From: Cyanophyceae cyanobacterium
GTDB lineage: Bacteria; Cyanobacteriota; Cyanobacteriia; Cyanobacteriales; Laspinemataceae
Direction: 5' to 3'
DNA: 64,000 nt
Assembly: GCA_038321985.1 (NCBI GenBank)
Contig: JBBQFN010000013.1
Coordinates: 32,001 to 96,000, forward strand
Below are positions 19,915-30,800 of the stretch, in pieces. The translations under genes and the position numbers were made by a program. The stretch's first letter is position 1. The number at the start of each line of letters is the position of its first letter. The notes under the pieces were generated by a model, which saw nothing but the letters and a program-made list of their open reading frames with translations, searched no databases and was not told the origin of the DNA.

Positions 19915-20313
19915 ATGAATGAACTTCACAATTTTTTAAAACCTACCACTCCCGCCACCCTCTCGGGCGTAGGTTCCATCGACTTAAACTCTTCCCAGCA
20001 TACGGAGAGTCCGGCCTATCAGTCCCCGCTGAGGTCCGAACAAAACCTTTCTACCAGCGACCTTCTTTTAGTGCCGATCTCCTTTGCTGCCATCGTGTGG
20101 GTAGTGCTGTTTATTATGCACTTTAATTTTTGGAAATCAGTACGAAATCGCCTCGGTCATCTACCCTCCGTGAGTCAATTACCCTGCACCAATTGTAAAT
20201 ACTTTAAAAATAATCCTTATCTGAAATGTGCCGTCCAACCGGATAGAGTCCTGCGTACAGAAGCTACGGAATGTCCCGATTACTGTGGCAATGATGAAGT
20301 TATGACTCATTAA
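19915..20313 (+). CDS. Small membrane protein with a C-terminal Cys cluster
   Basis: One TM segment, then CTNCKYF...LKCAVQP...CPDYC. Confidence 0.75.
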   Translation: MNELHNFLKPTTPATLSGVGSIDLNSSQHTESPAYQSPLRSEQNLSTSDLLLVPISFAAIVWVVLFIMHFNFWKSVRNRLGHLPSVSQLPCTNCKYFKNNPYLKCAVQPDRVLRTEATECPDYCGNDEVMTH

Positions 20314-20661
20314 AAAAAATCAGGAAAAATTCAAAATTTTTCACCCTTAATTTTGTCGCTTTCTAGGTTCTTTATAGCACATCTAAATTATTAGCTTAAT
20401 CGGAAATAGGTCAACCTGAACCCAGGTCAAAGCCCCGTCCCGGAAGTATCCAAATTTATTTAGATGTGCTATTGTGACCTTAGCCGCGGTCCCTGAGAGG
20501 GTCCAAGGGTAGTTTCGCTCTTTAATTATTTCAGCGATCGCTAACCCCAATCAATAATTGAGGTTAGCGGTAGTTAGACTAAATTTCCCACCAGATGTAC
20601 CGTATAGGTGCATCTAGTGTGATTCACGAATGGTGAGAAGATCGCAGCTTTAGCAGCTTGC

Positions 20662-20934
20662 TTACCACCACTTACGATTCCCGTCTTCATCGGTTCGTGC
20701 TTGTCGAATAACATCGGAAATTTCTTCGGCATCTTTGACATGATGAAGAGCTTCTTGATTGCCCTCTTCATCTTCCACGATAAAATAGGTAGGAACCTGA
20801 ATATGGTCTCCGGTAATATCTGGAGAATCTACGGCCAACTGTTTAGATTTCTCTTCAATGCTTTGGGGTTCATCGGCAATGCGATCGCCAGGATTAGCCG
20901 TTCTTCTTTTGTCAATACTCTTGTAGTCGCTCAT
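20662..20934 (-). CDS. Conserved-looking acidic hypothetical protein
   Basis: 90-aa ORF with GAGG SD upstream; hydrophilic, protein-like composition. Confidence 0.7.
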   Translation of the reverse strand: MSDYKSIDKRRTANPGDRIADEPQSIEEKSKQLAVDSPDITGDHIQVPTYFIVEDEEGNQEALHHVKDAEEISDVIRQARTDEDGNRKWW

Positions 20935-21928
20935 AAAACCTCTTTGTTTTGTTCTGTTTACTGGATTATCTAGGTAAAAAAGAGTGGAAAATTTTCACAA
21001 ATCTGGGAAAAATTTTGAAAAGGGAGTGAAAAAATAGCCCCTTTCACTTTTAAACTTAGCTCCCCTAACGGGGGAAAGTTCCTTTTCAATCGGAGACTCT
21101 CTCGGCTAAGGATTCGTGGGGAAATAGGGTGATATCACTTGAAATAGTTAGAATGCACCGACCCTTTACGCTCATTGTTAAATGATTAGATTAAGGCCCT
21201 AAAATGCCTTCTGGTGGCTGAATCCTCCGAAAATGACTATAATCTAATCCTATCTAGTAGCTAGGAAATTTTCATCTTTCTAAGGTTACATTTTTTGCTT
21301 TTACTCGCAAGTAAAGGTAGTCAAAGATTTGAAAAAAAAAGTGGTGAGACTACATGAGATAGATAACTTATCTCACTCCGGAGATAGACAAGCGCCCCCC
21401 AAACTCTCAGGGAATAGTCCCAATTCGGAGTGATAATTCGGGCTAAATTCTAAAACCTCCCCCCGCGCGACTTCCTAGTACAAAAGTACAAAAAGCTAAG
21501 TACGGGCTGCAAACTAGATAAAACCCCGTTTAAAGTTCCTACTGGGGTGCTATATACCTCATTTGACCGGCTGCTCCCTATCAGGAAATCACCCGGGTTA
21601 TTAAATGAACAGGGTCCCAAGGGTTTATACTCAATCTGATTTTCCCAAGTCCTTAGAGGGAGCTTTAGCAGCGAAATAGATTGGAGGCTGGATACCCTTG
21701 GATTCAGATGTTTCTACTCCCCAAAAAAAAACAAGCCCCTTAATTGAAAGGGGCCTCTATGAGGTCCCCGGCTGAGGATACCCAATTGACTCTACTCTGT
21801 GGCGATTCAAAAAAGGCGGCTGTTCCCTTTTGGTTACCCATAAGGGTTCCGCTCAAAAGGGATGCTGGTCGGACTCAGGTGACAATCGCAGTGTGTTGAG
21901 CGTATTGAAAAAAGGGCTGTGGTTTCAG

Positions 21929-22153
21929 TTACAACGAGGATTGAGAAAAGCAAAATTTGTCAAGTAGAGTATTGCCCGTTTGAAAAATTCCCGGGGTTCT
22001 GCTCTGGCAAAAAGCAGATTCCAATGGCTGATCGCTAGTTTGCGGCAGTTCCGGAAACTCGAAGGATACCGCAAAATTGGCTAACACTAAACATATGGCT
22101 AGACTAAAGAAGGCTCGGCACTTTCGCAGCTCTTTATCGAGTTCATCTACCAT
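21929..22153 (-). CDS. Small hypothetical membrane/exported protein
   Basis: AGGGAG SD before ATG; one hydrophobic segment; no recognisable motif. Confidence 0.45.
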   Translation of the reverse strand: MVDELDKELRKCRAFFSLAICLVLANFAVSFEFPELPQTSDQPLESAFCQSRTPGIFQTGNTLLDKFCFSQSSL

Positions 22154-22973
22154 GATTCTAGCTCCCTAACTGTTCTAATCCTTATAAAACACGCTCTACC
22201 GTGAACGATTGAGGAATGGGCCTTGTTTAGCCGCCAGAAGGCGGGGTCATAGATCCCACTTAATACATTATGCAAATTTTTCTATAAATTTGATACTACA
22301 GAAAATATATCCTTAATTTATCGCCAAATCCTCTCCCTTTGGGATGAAATATTATAGAAACCTCTTTGGGGAAGGCAGAGGGGGAGACGAACCCCGGAAA
22401 CCCTTTGTGAGTAAACAGTGGAGCCGCTACCCGTTCCCGATCGCCCATAGAAAGAATACCTTACCCCCTAGAGGGTCGATCCCAAGTGCTGGGGCTAAGA
22501 AACCGGGTCGTAATCCCCGTGGGGATCAATTCACTCCTTTTTTTCACCAATAGTTCGGAGCCTATCCCCCTACCATGGCGGGAGTAATCCAAATTGGGTA
22601 GACGCTACAAAATCAACCTTCTAATCCTACTTTTTCTCCATTGCACACAGCAAAAAAGCCTGAAGAATGAACGGCTACCCTTCAGGCACTATGCTAATCT
22701 AAAATGATTGGTCTCGATTTTCGGGATGAATTAGGGCAGGTTGACTAACTTGAGAGTCAAATTTCCCACACTTTAGGGGCAATGATTCCAGGATATTTAA
22801 AGGGCTTATAGAGGGTTTTCGGTAATGAATTGACTTATCTGATAATCAAGCTAGTATCTTGCTCGCTCAGGTTAAGGGGCTAACTAGAAATGCTACCCTC
22901 TAAGCTGATGCCAACGCCCGCCTTTAAGACTGGAGCTCAATCTACCGAATACCGCTATTTTTATGGGGAATGA

Positions 22974-23531
22974 CTATCTTCCACTTCTGGAGCTATTGGG
23001 TCCGCGACGATTTCCTGATTCATTCCGATTATTGCCCCCAGGGTTCTGGTTGTTTTGGCGATGCTGTTGCATCAATTGGGCAAACTGCTGCCGTTGTTCT
23101 GGGGTGAGGATGTTGCGGATTGCTAACATTTGCTCGAACTGCATTTCTCCAATTTGTTGCCGCGCCCGCAGAATTTGATTGTGTTGATTCCGCAGGTCTC
23201 TATCGCTGGTACTACCCGTCATCATTTCCCTCATGCGCTCCATACTTTGACGTATTTCCTCGTGATTAGCTTGCATTTCAGGTTCGTAGCGTTCGCGAAT
23301 AGTTTGGATTTCTTGCTGTTGTTCAGATGTAAGATTTAATTGTTCGAGCCAGCCCTTTTTTCCGGCCCATTGATCGCCCCCTCTAGAACCCCGGCCCGGA
23401 TTGTTTGGCCCTGGGTTTTGGGTAAGGGTTTGCTCTTCCCAGGTGGGAAGCGGTGCGGCATAGGTGGCCGTGGTAGTTCCCAGGGCAAGCATTAACGCAG
23501 CTAACAGAGAAAAACGAGAATTAAACATCAT
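22974..23531 (-). CDS. Spy/CpxP family periplasmic chaperone
   Basis: Signal peptide; two LTxxQ motifs (LNLTSEQQ, ILTPEQR). Confidence 0.9.
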   Translation of the reverse strand: MMFNSRFSLLAALMLALGTTTATYAAPLPTWEEQTLTQNPGPNNPGRGSRGGDQWAGKKGWLEQLNLTSEQQQEIQTIRERYEPEMQANHEEIRQSMERMREMMTGSTSDRDLRNQHNQILRARQQIGEMQFEQMLAIRNILTPEQRQQFAQLMQQHRQNNQNPGGNNRNESGNRRGPNSSRSGR

Positions 23532-23579
23532 TAAAGCCTCACTTAGTTTGCAATAAATTATGGAGTTATAGGTAAAACA

Positions 23580-23608
23580 TTAAACACAATCGAGTCTGTA
23601 AATGTTCC
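23580..23608 (-). promoter_or_regulatory. Putative ECF sigma promoter for the spy-like gene
   Basis: Minus strand reads GGAACAT-N16-GTTTAA about 50 nt before the ATG, matching the element upstream of the sigma gene. Confidence 0.6.
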
Positions 23609-23689
23609 CTATTTTTTGTAAACTCTTCAGGTTTAGAAACCTTATTTTGGTTTATTTAAATCCTAAATAAAGTTGCTAATTTTTAACTG

Positions 23690-24046
23690 TTAGGGATTCC
23701 CTTCTTCGGGAAGAAGCCAATTAGGGGAAGAATCCAGCATTTTATCTTCTAATACACCATTCCAGGTATATTCCATGAAGGCTTCTATTTGAGCTAATTC
23801 GGGGGCAGAAGAGGAAGAGGGTTGCCAGGGTTTCATCCCAAAAAAAGCGAGGGCGAAACTCCCCGCAATTGAGGGGAAAATTAGCCAGAGAAGTCGATGT
23901 GATTTTCGTCTGGTCGCCCGGGCGTGATCGCCGGCTACGGCTGCTAAAATTCGCTCCTCTAACTGCGGGGATGCCGGGGGAATTTCCGGACGGTATTGAT
24001 GTAAAAAATCTACGAGACAGTCGGGTTTTTCTGGGTGTTGATTCAT
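23690..24046 (-). CDS. Probable membrane anti-sigma factor
   Basis: 4-nt overlap with the ECF sigma gene; PxASPQLEERIL motif followed by a TM helix. Confidence 0.75.
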   Translation of the reverse strand: MNQHPEKPDCLVDFLHQYRPEIPPASPQLEERILAAVAGDHARATRRKSHRLLWLIFPSIAGSFALAFFGMKPWQPSSSSAPELAQIEAFMEYTWNGVLEDKMLDSSPNWLLPEEGNP

Positions 24047-24684
24047 AGTTGCACTCCTTCTGATTCCAGAAATTTTCGCATAGATGCTCGGGCATGAAAC
24101 AAGCGGGATTTCACCGTTCCTACGGGGATGTTCATAATTTGCGCGACCTCCTTTTGTGGGAGATCTTCGAGATCGTGAAGGACTAACACCGCACGATGCT
24201 CGAAACTCAAACCTTCAAGTCCGCGTTGCACTAAATCTTGATAATGTAAGTGCATCCAATCGGGGGTCTGGGACTGGGGAGGGCAGTCGCTGCTGGTGCC
24301 CTCTTGTAACAATGCCTTGGACCGCTGGTGTTGCACCTGTTCTTTGGCAAAACCTTGGCGGCGATCCGTAGCTACATTCCAGGTAATCCGATACAGCCAA
24401 GTTGAGAAGTGGGCGGGTTGCCGGAGTTTCGGCAATCCTTTCCATACTTTTAAAAAAACCTCCTGTACCAAATCGTCGATTTCCGTTGCACCACAGAGTT
24501 GGTATAGGGTTGAGCGCACTCGATGTTGATAGCGCCGGTAGAGCTGACCAAAACAGTCCTGGGACAAGAAGCGATCGCCGACGGGGGAATCCCTTTTTTG
24601 ACAACACTTTATCAGGTCCGAATCTGATGGCTCCTTTGTAATGACCTTTGCTGACACGGTGAACACCTGTGGCTTTTTCCTCAA
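24043..24684 (-). CDS. sigH: ECF (group 4) sigma factor, SigH-like
   Basis: DDLVQEVFLKVW, FSTWLYRI, GTVKSRLFHAR. The sigma/anti-sigma/Spy arrangement is as known for cyanobacterial sigH. TTG start uncertain. Confidence 0.8.
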   Translation of the reverse strand: MRKKPQVFTVSAKVITKEPSDSDLIKCCQKRDSPVGDRFLSQDCFGQLYRRYQHRVRSTLYQLCGATEIDDLVQEVFLKVWKGLPKLRQPAHFSTWLYRITWNVATDRRQGFAKEQVQHQRSKALLQEGTSSDCPPQSQTPDWMHLHYQDLVQRGLEGLSFEHRAVLVLHDLEDLPQKEVAQIMNIPVGTVKSRLFHARASMRKFLESEGVQL

Positions 24685-24705
24685 GGATTCTGGAATTCTG
24701 AAGGT

Positions 24706-24734
24706 TTAGACCCCGGGGTAAAATTAAAGGTTCA
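24706..24734 (-). promoter_or_regulatory. Putative autoregulatory ECF promoter
   Basis: Minus strand reads TGAACCT-N16-GTCTAA just upstream of the sigma start. Confidence 0.65.
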
Positions 24735-25087
24735 CACAGGTGAGGATATTTAGGTAGACTGGGGAATTCGGAGGGTCAGGAGGGGCTGGGAATCACCCTG
24801 GACATGAGGAGCCCGGGAATGTCTGTAATCTGAGTCCGAACCCCCGATTAGGGAGTGGGTGTGTATCCGTAGCATTTTTGGGAACCCCCGAATAACTGCA
24901 CTCCGGGTGGGGGACCAAATTTTTTACAACTGCGTCTAATTGACTTGAATTAAACAGCTTGTGTAAAAATTTAAATAAGGGCGGTTTCATGGAGAATTCT
25001 GAGCTAAACTAGACAGAGCAAAGAAATATTTTAATAAAAAATTAACGGTTAGAGTGACTGGGTAACTAGGACCGGAGGATCACACGG

Positions 25088-27517
25088 ATGATATTTGTGC
25101 TTAAAAAACTCTATGGTAAAAAAGAAATCCAGTCCGCAATCGACGGATGCGTAAAGGCTCTGGATAGCCCAATCTCCCTTCTGGATGCAGAAGGGGGAGT
25201 CATTATGGGTGAGATGGAAGCAAGTTTCAGTAAATACCCGGTTGTGGTAAATGGGGAGTTGATCGGGTGGGTTTGTGGAGGAGAAAAAGTCTCCGCGATC
25301 GCTTCAATGATTTCTTGTTTAGCAACTCAGGAGGTGGAAAAAAAAGCGTTAGCGAAAGAAGTTTTAGGGAAGTATCGAGAGCTAACGCTTCTTTATAACA
25401 TTTCTGAAAAAATTATTGGTAGTTTAGATATCAAAGAAGTGGCTTCGATTGTGCTAGAAGAAGCCCAACGATGCATTCAAGCCAGTAGTGGGGCCGTGAT
25501 GTTGTGGAAGGAAGGGAGCGATCGCCTAGAGGCGATCGCCTCATTTGGTCCGTCAGGAGGCGACCTCAGCGATTTAGTCCAGAGTACAATCGTGGTAAAT
25601 CGGTTTGTGGAGACGGGACGAGCAGAAATTTTCAACGATATTTTATCCGATATATCCTCCTTAGCAGGTCAAAATAGAGGACAACCCGACGATATGGCCT
25701 CCTTGATGTGTGTCCCCCTGAAGACTAAAGAAAAAATCATTGGGGCCATCTTGATCGCCAAGGTCGAATCCGTAGGCTATACTTCGGAAGACTTAAAATT
25801 GCTGGCCGCTTTAGCTTCCCAGGCCGCTAGCGCGATCGCAGCTTTAGCCCACGAAAACAAACTCAAAGAAAGCCGCAGACAGGCTATTTTATTTCGGTTA
25901 GCAACTCAGATCCGGCAGTCCCTGGAACTGAGCACTATTTTAGAAACGGCAGTAACAGAAATTCGCAACCTGTTACGGGTGGACCGCTGCTTGTTTGCCT
26001 GGTATAAACCCGGAAAGTCAGACATTAGCTTCTGGAACTCAACCGAACTGAGTGATCACCCCCTAGAACATTGCTCAGAAAAGTCGTTACGACCTCCTCA
26101 GGTTCACCTGGCTCACTTAACCCTACATACCTCGGACTATTGGCAAGTGATCAACGAAGCTAAACATCCCGCGTTGCTGAGTCTTTTAGGAGACTACGCC
26201 ACGAGTGAAGTGGGGGGATTAGCGTCTAAACTATTGCAGATGGAGATTGTGCGGGTGGATGATGTCAGCGAATTAAGCGATTCAGTGATGCGGCAGTTTT
26301 TTTTAAAACAAGATGTCACCTCAATTTTGGCGGTTCCCATTGAGACGAGACTGGGAAAAATAGGGTTTGTGGCCTGTGCTAACAGTAACAAAATTCGGCC
26401 TTGGAATGATGATGAAATCGAACTGTTAGAAGCAGTGGGCAATCAACTGGCGATCGCCATTGATCAAGCGGAACTGTATCAACAAAGTCTCCACAGCGCC
26501 CAAGTTGCCCGAGAAAAAGCCGTAGAACTTGAAAAAACTCTGCTGGAATTACAGCAAACTGAGGCTCAATTGGTACAGAGCGAAAAAATGTCTGGACTCG
26601 GACAAATGGTGGCAGGAATTGCTCATGAAATTAATAACCCGGTTAATTTCATTCATGGGAACCTCGTTCATGTCAATAGCTATACTTTAGAACTCTTAAC
26701 GGTTTTAAATTTGTATCAAAAATACTATCCCGAACCGATACCGGAATTGGAAGAGGCGATCTTAGAAATGGACGTCGAGTTTCTGATGGACGACTTACCA
26801 AAATTGCTCGCCAGTATGAAGGTAGGAACCGAGCGAATCCGGGGGATCGTGCAAAGTCTGCGAATCTTCTCTCGGGTCGATGAATCAGACATGAAGCGAG
26901 CCAACATTCAAGACGGAATTGACAGTACCTTAATGATTTTACAACACCGCTTAAATGCTCAAGCGGGACGGCCTCCAATCCAACTGGTTTATGAATATGG
27001 GGATCTTCCTCCAGTTGAGTGCTATCCAGGGCAACTGAATCAAGTTTTTATGAACCTGATCTCCAATGCGATCGATGCCCTGGAAGATGCAATGACCCCG
27101 GCGACTAAAGGCAAGGTTCAGACATTACCAACCCTATGGATTCGCACGGAACGGGTTGATTTTTCCGACTTCGATGGCGACTCCCGGGAAAATCCCGATT
27201 CTAATCGGGTTCGGATCACCATCGGCGACAACGGGAGTGGGATGACGGATACCGTACGCCGGCGACTTTTTGATCCATTTTTCACCACTAAAGCTGTTGG
27301 GAAAGGTACGGGTCTGGGTTTGTCTATTAGCTATCAGATTGTCGTCGAGAAACACCGAGGAAAATTAGAGTGCATTTCTCAAGCGGGTCAAGGAGCCGAA
27401 TTTATCATTGAATTGCCAATTTCCCAATCCCAAAGCCTAGGTAGTGCCAGTTCCCTTGAGGGGAATGCAGTCGCGGTGGACCCTCAAACTGTCATCCATC
27501 ATATCCAAAATTGCTAA
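25088..27517 (+). CDS. GAF-GAF sensor histidine kinase
   Basis: Two GAF domains; [34 protein letters not shown]. Confidence 0.93.
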   Translation: MIFVLKKLYGKKEIQSAIDGCVKALDSPISLLDAEGGVIMGEMEASFSKYPVVVNGELIGWVCGGEKVSAIASMISCLATQEVEKKALAKEVLGKYRELTLLYNISEKIIGSLDIKEVASIVLEEAQRCIQASSGAVMLWKEGSDRLEAIASFGPSGGDLSDLVQSTIVVNRFVETGRAEIFNDILSDISSLAGQNRGQPDDMASLMCVPLKTKEKIIGAILIAKVESVGYTSEDLKLLAALASQAASAIAALAHENKLKESRRQAILFRLATQIRQSLELSTILETAVTEIRNLLRVDRCLFAWYKPGKSDISFWNSTELSDHPLEHCSEKSLRPPQVHLAHLTLHTSDYWQVINEAKHPALLSLLGDYATSEVGGLASKLLQMEIVRVDDVSELSDSVMRQFFLKQDVTSILAVPIETRLGKIGFVACANSNKIRPWNDDEIELLEAVGNQLAIAIDQAELYQQSLHSAQVAREKAVELEKTLLELQQTEAQLVQSEKMSGLGQMVAGIAHEINNPVNFIHGNLVHVNSYTLELLTVLNLYQKYYPEPIPELEEAILEMDVEFLMDDLPKLLASMKVGTERIRGIVQSLRIFSRVDESDMKRANIQDGIDSTLMILQHRLNAQAGRPPIQLVYEYGDLPPVECYPGQLNQVFMNLISNAIDALEDAMTPATKGKVQTLPTLWIRTERVDFSDFDGDSRENPDSNRVRITIGDNGSGMTDTVRRRLFDPFFTTKAVGKGTGLGLSISYQIVVEKHRGKLECISQAGQGAEFIIELPISQSQSLGSASSLEGNAVAVDPQTVIHHIQNC

Positions 27518-27807
27518 AAGTGTTCTATTGGTTTATAGTAAAAGCTATGCGTCGCCAAAATTTCAGGGGTAAAGCATCTAAAAGTTCCCTCATGAGTGGT
27601 GAAACTCGCAGACTGTTCAGAGGCGCTAATCTACAAGGTGACATTTTATTAGTTCGGTGGTTCCGTCCCGTTTAAGGGGCGACTGCTTTTGCTATCAAAA
27701 CAGTGAAATTAGGGGCGATCGCGTCCCATGTTGAAGAGCAGCAAGCGGCGGACCAACGTTTCCAAAAGCGATCGTCTAAATTATTCTGCTAAAATTACTC
27801 AATTTCA

Positions 27808-30800
27808 ATGACTAATCCAAAAATTTCTCTCTCCATTCCCGGTTATAAAATTTCCGAAGAAATTCAAGCTGGAAGCAAAAACCTGATCTATCGAGCAATT
27901 CGTCGATCCGATCAAAAACCCGTTATTTTAAAAGCCCTAGCCTCGGAATATCCGAGCCTTGAAGAACTAGCCCGATTAAAGCATGAATACGAAATTACCC
28001 GGAACTTAAACATCCCTCGCCTGATTAAACCCTGTGCGATCGAACCGATTCAAAATAGCTTGATGCTAGTATTTGATGATGAAGGGGGTCAGTCCCTCAA
28101 ACAAGTTCTACTCACCCAAAAACTAGGGATAGAGAATTTTTTTAAAATTGCCATCCAGTTAACAGAAACCCTGGGAGAACTGCACCAAGAGCAAATTGTT
28201 CACAAAGATATTAAACCTTCAAATATCATTATTCTGAATCCTTCTCAATCCCTGAGCGTTAGAATTACCGATTTTAGTATTGCTACGCGCCTCTCCCGAG
28301 AAACCCAAACCGTCAACCACCATCCCACTCTCCTCGAAGGAACCCTTGCCTATATGTCCCCGGAACAAACCGGGCGGATGAACCGTTGTTTAGACTATCG
28401 CACCGACTTCTATTCATTGGGCATTACATTTTATGAAATGCTTGCGGGTCAATTGCCCTTTGAAGCAGAAGACCCGTTAGAATTAATTCACTCTCACATT
28501 GCCAAACAACCGGTATCTCTACAAGACTTAGTGCCGGAAGTTCCCTCATCTGTGAGCGAAATTGTCATGAAATTAATGGCAAAAACCGCCGAAGACCGCT
28601 ATCAAAGTGCTTACGGAATTAAAGCCGATTTAGAATATTGTCTAACCCATTTAACCGATATTGAAACCTTATCTCATTTCACCCCGGGACAATGGGATAA
28701 AAGCGGTAGATTTGTGCTTTCTCAAAGACTTTACGGACGCGATCGCGAAGTAGCGAGCCTGCTGGAAGCCTTTAACCGAATTTCCTCCGTTTCCCCGAAT
28801 TATCAACCTGATTTTTCGGGTGAATCGGTTACTCAAGGAACTCCAGAACTAATTTTAATTGCTGGGTATTCGGGAATTGGTAAAACCAGTATTGTCCATG
28901 AAGTTCATAAACCCATCGTTCGCCAACGGGGTTATTTTATCTCCGGAAAATTCGATCAGTTTAAGCGAGATATTCCTTACGCTTCTCTGATTCAAGCCTT
29001 CCAGTCCTTAATTCGGCAACTGCTAACAGAACCTCCTGAACAAATTGCTCAATGGCAACAAAAACTATTAGAAGCCGTGGGCGATAGCGGTGAAATGATT
29101 ATCGATGTGATTCCCGAAGTGGAATCCATCATTGGTAAGCAGCCTTCGATTTCTCCATTAGGACCCAGCGAGGCTCAAAATCGATTTAATCGAGTTTTTA
29201 AACAGTTCATTCATGTTTTTACTCAACCCGCACACCCCCTTGTTGTCTTTCTTGATGATTTGCAGTGGGCAGATGCTGCTTCATTAAAACTGCTAGAACT
29301 GCTGATGACCGATGCTGAAAGTCATCATTTGTTAATGATTGGGGCTTATCGGGATAATGAAGTCAGTCCCACCCATCCCTTTATGCTCACGGTTGAGGAA
29401 ATTGAAAAGATGGGAGCTAAAGTAACGACCATTGAGCTGGAACCCCTGGGGGTAACTCACGTCACTGAGTTGATTTCCGATAGCTTTAGTTGTAGCCTAG
29501 AACGAGCGCAACCCTTAGCTGATTTGGTGTTTAAAAAAACCCAGGGAAATCCATTTTTCCTGACCCAGTTGTTGAAGTCTCTCCACCGAGATAATTTACT
29601 TTCCTTTGACTTCAACCAAGGGCTTTGGGAGTGGAATATTGAGCGCATCCGGAGTATTGGAATTACTGAAAATGTGGTTGAGTTAATGGTCGGTAAGATT
29701 CGCCAATTTAGCGAAAATGCCCAGGATGCCTTAAAATTGGCTGCCTGTATTGGTAACCGTTTCGATCTGAATATCCTGGCGATCGTCCGAGAGCGATCGC
29801 CCTCTTTAACTGCTGGGGATTTGTGGGAAGCCTTACAAGAAGGATTGGTATTACCCTTAAGCGAAGCCTATAAAATCCCCACGGTTTCAGAGAACCTCGA
29901 CGGCATTGAAGTCAGTTACCAATTCTTACATGATCGGGTTCAACAAGCGGCCTATTCTCTGATTCCTGATGTCCAAAAAAAAGCGGTTCACCTGAAAATT
30001 GGACAGCTTCTCCTCCACAATACACCGGAAGCCGAACTAGAGGAAAAAATATTCGATATAGTTAACCATTTGAATATTGGCGTCCAATTAATCAAAGGGT
30101 CCGAGGAAAAAACTAGACTGGCCAAACTCAATGCGATCGCCGGGAAAAAATCCAAAGCCTCCAATGCCTACCACAGTGCGATCGTTCACTTTAGCCTAGG
30201 CATGGACCTGTTAGAGACAAACTCTTGGGACACCCATTATGACCTCACCTTTTTCTTGCACCGAGAACTGGGAGAATCTCAATATTTAGTCGGAAATTTT
30301 GACCAAGCCGAAAGCCTATTTAACCGGGCCTTATCTCAAGCAAAATCCCGCTTTGAACGGGCCCAAATCTATTCCATCTATATCGCCGCTTGCATGACCA
30401 AAGGAGACAATTATTATCAAGCCATGCAATTAGGCATCGAAGGATTAAAAGATTTTGGGCTTAATTTTCCCAGTCAGGAAGCGGATTTACCTGCTGCGGT
30501 TATAGCCGAACAGGAGACCGTGCAGACCCTACTCATCGGTCAAAATATCGCCGATTTATTGAACGTTCCGGAAATGACCGACCCGGATAAAAAGGTGGCG
30601 ATGAATCTGCTGGTTAATTCCTGGACGGCGACCTATTTTGCCAATAGTCCATATTGGCTGGCATTAATGGGATTAAAAATGGTCAGCCTCACTTTAGACT
30701 ATGGACCCGTGGATACCTCCGCCTTTGGTTATGTCGTCTATGGCATGATTTTAGCCGGTCATCAGGACTATCAATCGGCTTATCAATTTGGAGATTTAGC

